Origin: Nannocystis bainbridge
GTDB lineage: Bacteria > Myxococcota_A > Polyangia > Nannocystales > Nannocystaceae
Length of the DNA: 64,000 nt
NCBI RefSeq assembly: GCF_028368995.1
Contig: NZ_JAQNDL010000002.1
Location: forward strand, 256,001 to 320,000
Direction of reading: 5' to 3'
Part shown: piece after piece, positions 57,967 to 64,000 of the stretch
Layout: the number at the start of each line of letters is the position of its first letter
How positions within the stretch are numbered: the first letter of the stretch is position 1
The notes under the pieces: model-generated
Database searches by the model: none
What the model was told of the DNA's origin: nothing
Seen by the model: only the letters and a program-made list of their open reading frames with translations
Translations under genes and position numbers: made by a program

Positions 57967-59310
57967 GGCGCGGGCCGCGGGGTCGGGGCCGAGCATGCGG
58001 ATCAGGCGGTCGGACCAGCCGTCGGGCAGGCCGTGCGGGACGTGCTGTTCCGGGTCGAGGGCGGCGGCGCCGATCTGGTCGAACACGGCGGGCAGCGGCT
58101 GCGGGTGGAGGGCCAGCTCGAGCAGGACGACGCCGGCGCTGAACAGGTCGGTGGCCGGGGTGGCGCGGGCGGCGGGGCCGGGGCTGCGCAGCTCGGGGGC
58201 GAGGTAGCGCAGGGTGCCGGCGTGGCCGCTGCCCGAGCGTGGGTCGGCGAGGGCGAGGCCGAAGTCGGCGAGGGCGACGGGCGAGCCCTCGCGGGCCTCG
58301 CGGACGAGGATGTTGGCGGGCTTGATGTCGCGGTGGACGGCGCCGGCGGCGTGCACGGCCCTGAGCGCGCTGACGATCTGGGCGCCGACCCGCGGCAGGT
58401 CAGCGGGGCCGAGCAGGCGCTTGCGCACGGCGACGCGCAGGTTGCCGCCGCGGCACAGGCCGAGGGCGACGAAGCGGTGGGCGGGCTGGACGTCGAGGAG
58501 GGCGACGACGTGGGGGCTGCGCACGCGGGCGAGGGTGCGGGCCTCGGCGAAGAAGCGGGCGCCGACGAGGCGGCCGTCGCTGCCCTCGGCGACCAGGCGC
58601 TTGATGGCGACGTCGCGGCCGACGCGGCGGTCGAAGGCCTGGTAGACGACGGCGTGGCGGCCGCGGCCGAGCGGGCGGCCGAGCTCGTAGCGGTCGACGC
58701 CGAGGCCGGCGACAAGCTCGGTGGCGTCGAGGCCCTCGAGCAAGGCGAGGCCGCGGCTGGCGTGGGCACCGCCGCGGCCGAGACGGCGCTGGGCGGTGCT
58801 CCAGCCGCGCAGGGCGCGGGCGTGGTCGATGTCGACGGCGAGCAGGGCCTCGAAGTGGCGCAGGGCGCCGAGCGGGTCGCCGCGGTCGAGCAGGGTGTCG
58901 CCGAGCAGCAGGTTGGCGGCCACGTAGGCGCCGGTGGGCTGCCAGCGGCTGTCCTCGACCTCGGGCAAGGCGAGGGCGGCGCGGGCGAGCTCGACGCCGA
59001 GGTCAGGCGCGAGGGCGTCGCACAGCTCGCGCGCGAGCACGAGGACGAGCTCGGGCCGCGGGCGCAGGCGCAGGTGGGCGGCGAGGCTGACGAGGGCGCC
59101 GCGGACGTAGCCGGCGTGGCTGAGGTCGCGGAGCTGGCGATCGATCTCGGGGGCCGGGGCGCCCTCGACGAGGCGGCGCGAGAGGGCGGCGATGCCCGGC
59201 AGCTCGCGCGGCAGCTCGGCGCCCTCGGAGAGGCGCGCGAGCACGGCCCGCAGCTGATGGTCGAGGGCTGGATCGACGCGGATGTCACCGCGGAGGGGCT
59301 CGATCGGCAT
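57964..59310 (-). CDS. Ser/Thr protein kinase with N-terminal helical/TPR region
   Basis: GRGRHAVVY, VAIK, HRDIKPAN, DFG, GTLRYLAPE, DLFSAG. Confidence 0.88.
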   Translation of the reverse strand: MPIEPLRGDIRVDPALDHQLRAVLARLSEGAELPRELPGIAALSRRLVEGAPAPEIDRQLRDLSHAGYVRGALVSLAAHLRLRPRPELVLVLARELCDALAPDLGVELARAALALPEVEDSRWQPTGAYVAANLLLGDTLLDRGDPLGALRHFEALLAVDIDHARALRGWSTAQRRLGRGGAHASRGLALLEGLDATELVAGLGVDRYELGRPLGRGRHAVVYQAFDRRVGRDVAIKRLVAEGSDGRLVGARFFAEARTLARVRSPHVVALLDVQPAHRFVALGLCRGGNLRVAVRKRLLGPADLPRVGAQIVSALRAVHAAGAVHRDIKPANILVREAREGSPVALADFGLALADPRSGSGHAGTLRYLAPELRSPGPAARATPATDLFSAGVVLLELALHPQPLPAVFDQIGAAALDPEQHVPHGLPDGWSDRLIRMLGPDPAARA

Positions 59311-59381
59311 GGGGACGGGGGAGGGGGCCGGAGGGACAGGTCGCGGGGGCTGATGACAGGGTCGAAGAGATGGGTTCTTTG

Positions 59382-59475
59382 GGGAATGTACTCGGGGACA
59401 GGTTCTTCGGGGCATGTCCTTATGGATATGGCCGTTGGGAAATGTCCTCGGGGACATGTCCTCGGGGACACCGGT
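59382..59475. repeat. 14-bp phased TGTCC-N4-GGACA array (7 cores)
   Basis: Cores at 59385, 59399, 59413, 59427, 59441, 59455, 59469. Confidence 0.88.
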
Positions 59476-60815
59476 CAGGTCATGGCGATCTCGAGGGTAA
59501 GGCGGCCGTCGGGGAGGTCGAGGTGGAGGCGGTCGCCGTGGAGGAGCTCGACGGTGGCGCCGGTGCCGAGGGGCTCCTGGCCGAGCTGGGCGCGCACGCC
59601 GGGGGCGATCCGCACGGCGATGAAGGGCGGGCGCAGCTCGAGCACGGCGGGGATCGGGCGGTCGGGGGCGAGCCACAGCGGGCCGCCGCCGGGCAGGTAG
59701 AGGGTCCAGGGGGCGACGAGGCCGGGGGCGAGCGGGCGCAGGAGCGCGCCGAGCTCGGCGCGCTCGCGCGGGAGCGGGTGGACCTCGAGGCGGGCGGCGG
59801 CCAGGCCGAGGGCGAGCTCGCCGGGGCCCTCGAGGGCGAGCGGCTCGCCAGGGGCGAGGGCCTCGCCGCGCCAGAAGGTGCCGGAGCGTGAGCCGAGGTC
59901 GACGAGGGCGACCGCGAGCTCGACCTCGTCGAGGCCGGCCTCGCTGGCAGCGGCGGCGGCGATGGCCTCGAGGCGGAGGGCGGCGTGCTCGCGCGAGAGG
60001 CTGACGCCGCCGAGGCTGAGCTCGACGTCGGGCGAGCGACCGAGCCGCAGGTCGGTGCGCAGGACGACGCGGGTGGCCTGGCCGGAGCCCCAGCGCAGGT
60101 CGAGCCGCTGGCCGCGCGGGAGGGCGACGGCGAGGTCGGCGTGGACGCGGGCGAGGGCGGCCCGCAGCAACGGGGTGCCGCTGTGGGCGAGCGGGCCGCG
60201 GGCGGTGCGGGCGTCGTGAAGGTGCTCCTGCAGCAGGCCGTGGGCGAAGAACCGCCGACCCTCGCGCAGGGCGGCGTCGATCTCGTCGCTGGCGCGCTGG
60301 AGTTCGGCCTCGGCGTGCTCGATGCGGTCGATGAGGCCGAGCACGTACTCGAGCTGGGTGACGGCGCCGGCCCGCTCGTAGGCGACGGCGGCCCGCCGCA
60401 ACATGTGGAGGCGCTCGTAGATCTCGCCGGCGATGGCGCCCTGGTCGGCCTCCTCGAGCGCGCGGGCGGCCTCCATGAGGATGGCGCGCCGGGGGGCGCC
60501 GTCTTCCATGAACTCGGCGTGGCGCAGGAGGGTCTCGGCCAGCGCCTGGTGGAGGCTGCGGCCCTCTTCGGTGGCGCCGGAGTGGCGGGCGGCGCCTTCG
60601 CGCAGGAGGGCGATCCGCTGGGCCGTGCCGCACAAAGTATGGGCGTACTCGAGGCGCAGGGCGGCGGCGCGGGCGTGGTCGCCGGTGTGCTCGAGGGCCC
60701 GCGCGCGGGTGAGGCCGTCGCCAGGGCGGGCCGGCGTGTCGAGCGCGGCGGAGGGCGGACGCAGGGCAGGCGGCGGGGGTGGGGGCGGCGGACGCGGCTT
60801 GCTCGGGCGGGACAA
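59475..60815 (-). CDS. TPR-like protein with FHA domain
   Basis: LGR....SLSREHA..VDLGSRSGT FHA signature; helical N-terminus; start uncertain. Confidence 0.8.
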   Translation of the reverse strand: MSRPSKPRPPPPPPPPALRPPSAALDTPARPGDGLTRARALEHTGDHARAAALRLEYAHTLCGTAQRIALLREGAARHSGATEEGRSLHQALAETLLRHAEFMEDGAPRRAILMEAARALEEADQGAIAGEIYERLHMLRRAAVAYERAGAVTQLEYVLGLIDRIEHAEAELQRASDEIDAALREGRRFFAHGLLQEHLHDARTARGPLAHSGTPLLRAALARVHADLAVALPRGQRLDLRWGSGQATRVVLRTDLRLGRSPDVELSLGGVSLSREHAALRLEAIAAAAASEAGLDEVELAVALVDLGSRSGTFWRGEALAPGEPLALEGPGELALGLAAARLEVHPLPRERAELGALLRPLAPGLVAPWTLYLPGGGPLWLAPDRPIPAVLELRPPFIAVRIAPGVRAQLGQEPLGTGATVELLHGDRLHLDLPDGRLTLEIAMT

Positions 60816-60969
60816 GCAGCGCCCATGCTAACACGCCGGGACCCGGACGCCGCAGGGCGCCGTCTGCGGGCCCGCGGCGCCCGGCAGCGAGGCTTTCGCG
60901 CGCGCCAGGCCAGGCCGGGAGTCGAGGCCGTAGATGGCCCGCAGGGGAGCGGCTACACTGCCGGTCCCG

Positions 60970-62580
60970 ATGCCCGCCCTGCTCGAGCCGATCGCCGCCG
61001 GCCAGACGCGCTTTCATCTCCAGGGTCTGGCGCCGGACGCTCGCGGGGTGGCGTGCGGGCGCGAGACGCTGGTGGCGTTCCCGTCGCTCGACCGCCTGGT
61101 GGCGTTCCTCGGCGCGTACAGCGAGGAGTGCAGCCTCGACGAGCTGATCCCGACGATGACGATCGAGCGGGCCCGCCGCGAGGGCGGCGGTCATGCGCTG
61201 CTGATGCGCTGCGCCGGCACCGACAGCTACGCGCTCGATCGCCTGGGCCGGCTGTCGCTGGCGGTCCACGGCCAGCTGTTCACCGGCAGCGGCACCGTGT
61301 TCGTCCGCTACCGCGACCGCATGGCCCCGTTCGGCTACGACCTCGCGGGCAGTACGACCACGGCCGCGAGCCCTGAAGAGGTGCTGGTGGTCGATTTCGA
61401 CGTCGCGGCGCGCTACCGCGCCCTCGATCGGCTCGACCCGGTCGAGCTGATCCAGCGCCTGTCGCTGCGCCAGATCCCGCTGCCGCTGGCCGGCATCGCC
61501 TCCGACCCGCAGCTGTGCGGGCTGCACGAGATCGCCCTGGTGCTGGTGGCACCTGGCCTTTCGGACAGGGTCCTGAGCTACCTGTGGAGCAACCAGGTGC
61601 CGCTCGCGGGGGTCCGCGTGGCCCTCGCCGGCGAGCGCCGGGCCAGCCTGCTGGTGCGGCTGCGCCAGCCGAGCGGGCAGGTGCTCGACGTGCTGCACGG
61701 GATCCCGGGGGTCGAGCTGCTGGCGCCGGTGTCGCAGCGGGCGGCGGTCGAGATCGGGTACCGCCACCCGATCCACCTGGCGTCGGCGTCTTCGTGCCTG
61801 CCGGGCGACGAGATGTACCTGTTCCGCGGGCGCGTCGGCCGGGTCGAGCGGCTCGACGGGGCGCCGCAATTCATCGACGGGGCCCACCTGGTGCGCAGCG
61901 AGACGGCGGCGCGGGTCCACGAGCCGGGCGACGCCCGCGGGACCGCGGTGCAGGCCCTCAAGGTCGAGCTGCGGCTGCGGCCGACGGCGTCGATCCGCGA
62001 GCCGCGGGGGGCGCTGATCCGCTGGGAGCAGGCGGGCCTGCTGCGGCGCCTCATCTACCTGATCCCGCCGATGGCGCTGGCGGCGGCCCGGCTGGCGGTG
62101 CTGCCTCAAGGGATGCTGGTGCTGACCGGGTCGTCGCTCGGCGGCGCGGCCGGGCTGGCGGCAGGGGTCGGGGCGGCGGCGATCATCCCGCTGGGGATGC
62201 GCATCGTCGAGGTCGCGCCGGGGGTGCTGGTGCCCGACGGGTTCGAGCTGTGGCCGCACGTGCGCCCGCAGCTGGTGCGCGAGCTGCTGGGGCTCGAGGC
62301 GGCCGACCACGCGCTGTTCCTCGGCACCGAACAGAGCCCGCTGCGCCTGCGGCCCGATCACCTGGCGCCGCTCGACGCGGCGATGATGAGCCGGCTCGAG
62401 CTGGCGGTGATCGAGGCGAGCCCGTCGGAGACGCCGACTTCGGGCCCGGCGACGCTGCAGAACGAGCGGCTCGGGCGCTTCGCGCTGTGGGGCTTCGGCG
62501 AGGCGGGCCGCGGCGGGCGAGCCGTCGCGGTCGAGGAGCCGAGCGAGACGCCGGAGCTGCCGCCGGGGCGAGAGTCGTGA
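60970..62580 (+). CDS. Hypothetical protein, probable ternary (MoxR/vWA, FtsH-type) conflict-system component
   Basis: Coding-like ORF, first gene of a coupled operon leading to MoxR; likeness to FtsH-ternary X domains is from recall only. Confidence 0.6.
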   Translation: MPALLEPIAAGQTRFHLQGLAPDARGVACGRETLVAFPSLDRLVAFLGAYSEECSLDELIPTMTIERARREGGGHALLMRCAGTDSYALDRLGRLSLAVHGQLFTGSGTVFVRYRDRMAPFGYDLAGSTTTAASPEEVLVVDFDVAARYRALDRLDPVELIQRLSLRQIPLPLAGIASDPQLCGLHEIALVLVAPGLSDRVLSYLWSNQVPLAGVRVALAGERRASLLVRLRQPSGQVLDVLHGIPGVELLAPVSQRAAVEIGYRHPIHLASASSCLPGDEMYLFRGRVGRVERLDGAPQFIDGAHLVRSETAARVHEPGDARGTAVQALKVELRLRPTASIREPRGALIRWEQAGLLRRLIYLIPPMALAAARLAVLPQGMLVLTGSSLGGAAGLAAGVGAAAIIPLGMRIVEVAPGVLVPDGFELWPHVRPQLVRELLGLEAADHALFLGTEQSPLRLRPDHLAPLDAAMMSRLELAVIEASPSETPTSGPATLQNERLGRFALWGFGEAGRGGRAVAVEEPSETPELPPGRES

Positions 62581-63779
62581 CCCGGGACCTCGGCGAGTTC
62601 TGTGCCCGCTTCGTGGCGCCGCTGCTCGGCGGCGGGACGGTGCACGTGGCCGCGCCGGTGCGGCCGGCCGACTTCCGGGCGATGACCGGCGGGCTGGCGA
62701 CGCTGCGCAGCGGCGAGGTCGCGGCGCTCCGGCTGCAGCGCGCGCAGCAGCTGGTGGCCGAGCCCGACCTGCAGGAGCCCGGGGCCGAGGAGCTGGCGCT
62801 GTGGGTGGCGCTCTACAACCTGCTCGTGCTCGACCACCCCGACCGCAGCCGCGTGTGGGCGCGCCAGGCGACGTGGCGCCGGGTCGAGTCGGCCGCCCGC
62901 TACTGGCTGCTGTTCAGCCGGCCCGAGGGCTTCTCGGCGGCGCTGGCCAACCACGCGGCGGTGGGGGCCTTCTTGGAGCTGGCGCGCCGCGATCAGATCC
63001 TGAGCGGGGCCGAGGGCGAGCTGCGCTTCGTCGGTCAGGAGATCCCGCGTCGGCGCCTGCGCTGGACGGTCCCCGGCGCGCTGTCGGTGCGCGAGGAGAC
63101 GGTGACCTGGTGGTCGACCGCGCACGTGGCCGAGGTGTCGGCGCTGCAACAAGATGTCCTTTGGGCCAGCCCCGTGACGTGCCTGCTGCGGCCGCTCATG
63201 GCCCCGCCCGGCTACAGCCCGCTCGAAGGCGCGAGCTTCCTGCGCCACCGCGCGTTCGCCCGCGCGGTCTGCCACGCGTGGGCGTCGTCGCGGCACTGGA
63301 TCGAGATCGGCGGGACCGTGCTCGGCTCGCTGCTGTTCTCGCTGACCGGCCGCCCGCTGTCGGGGCCGACGCCGAGCTCGGGGGCCACGGGCGCGGCGTC
63401 CGCGGGCCGGCCGATGCTGGCCCTGCCGGCGCCCGTCGACACCGCCGGGCCCGAGGACGTCGCGGCCCTGGTCGCCGCCCTCATCCACGTCCATTTCCTC
63501 CGCGTGCTCGAGCTGGGCGCCCGGCTCGGCGTCGCGCCCACCAGCCGCGACCGCCCGGTGCAGATGTTCCTGGCCCTGCCGCTGCTGCTGCCCGCGCTGG
63601 GCGAGGTCCTCGGCTCTCCGCTCGGCGGCGCGGCCGAAGGCCTCGGCTTCGACGCGCAAGTGGAGCGGCGCTGGATCGAGTATATCGATCATCTCGGCGA
63701 GCTCATCCCGCGCTCGGTCGTCGAAAATCTCCTGGCGACGCTCGTCCCGCGCGTCGTAAAAGCCGAAACAGAGCCATGA
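62577..63779 (+). CDS. Hypothetical protein, probable ternary conflict-system component
   Basis: GTGA overlap with the upstream gene and ATGA overlap with MoxR; FCARFVAPLLGGG, LYNLLVLDHP. Confidence 0.6.
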   Translation: MTRDLGEFCARFVAPLLGGGTVHVAAPVRPADFRAMTGGLATLRSGEVAALRLQRAQQLVAEPDLQEPGAEELALWVALYNLLVLDHPDRSRVWARQATWRRVESAARYWLLFSRPEGFSAALANHAAVGAFLELARRDQILSGAEGELRFVGQEIPRRRLRWTVPGALSVREETVTWWSTAHVAEVSALQQDVLWASPVTCLLRPLMAPPGYSPLEGASFLRHRAFARAVCHAWASSRHWIEIGGTVLGSLLFSLTGRPLSGPTPSSGATGAASAGRPMLALPAPVDTAGPEDVAALVAALIHVHFLRVLELGARLGVAPTSRDRPVQMFLALPLLLPALGEVLGSPLGGAAEGLGFDAQVERRWIEYIDHLGELIPRSVVENLLATLVPRVVKAETEP

Positions 63780-64000
63780 GCACCACCCCGGCCCCTCCCT
63801 CGATCAGCGACCTCGCCCGCCGCCTGCAGGACGGGGCGCGCCAGCTCGAGCAGCAGTTCCTCGGCAAGGAGGAGATCATCCGTCTCCTCTTCATCTCGGC
63901 CCTGGCCGGCGAACACATGGTGATGGTCGGGCCGCCCGGCACCGCCAAGAGCGCGATCGTCCGCGCGTTCGCGCAGGTGATCGACGCCCGCTTCTTCGAC
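63776..64000 (+). CDS. MoxR/RavA-type AAA+ ATPase (truncated by window end)
   Basis: FLGKEEIIRLL..ALAGEHMVMVGPPGTAKS Walker A typical of RavA/MoxR. Confidence 0.85.
   Translation, partial: MSTTPAPPSISDLARRLQDGARQLEQQFLGKEEIIRLLFISALAGEHMVMVGPPGTAKSAIVRAFAQVIDARFFD

Noticed and set aside
59311-62361. 1465-aa kinase ORF extension
   Set aside because: The upstream part overlaps the FHA gene and the + strand operon; the real kinase most likely starts at 59310

Overview
High-GC window, most likely from a myxobacterium (inferred from a MYXO-CTERM sorting signal, an ADYC-domain protein, Ser/Thr kinase-TPR proteins and many Cys-rich lipoproteins). It holds about 55 credible CDSs; I found no rRNA, tRNA, transposase or CRISPR array. 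Recognisable modules: an orphan TfuA; an ABC exporter; an imelysin / di-haem oxidoreductase / imelysin / HTTM (gamma-carboxylase-like) iron-uptake operon with a likely Fur box; an lspA gene divergent from a BlaI/BlaR(M56) pair with a shared palindrome; a translationally coupled operon (aminotransferase-GNAT-pseudo-aminotransferase fusion, C45 Ntn-hydrolase, class III aminotransferase) opposite an AraC regulator; a cNMP-TrxB-like / zf-UBP pair; and, at the right edge, a kinase + FHA pair divergent from a probable MoxR ternary conflict system. The most striking unexplained signal is non-coding. A degenerate 14-bp palindromic unit, TGTCC-N4-GGACA (GGACATGTCC across unit junctions), recurs at roughly 30 loci as strictly 14-bp-phased arrays of 2-8 units, both between genes and in-frame inside genes. 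All product names come from reading motifs by eye, not from database searches.
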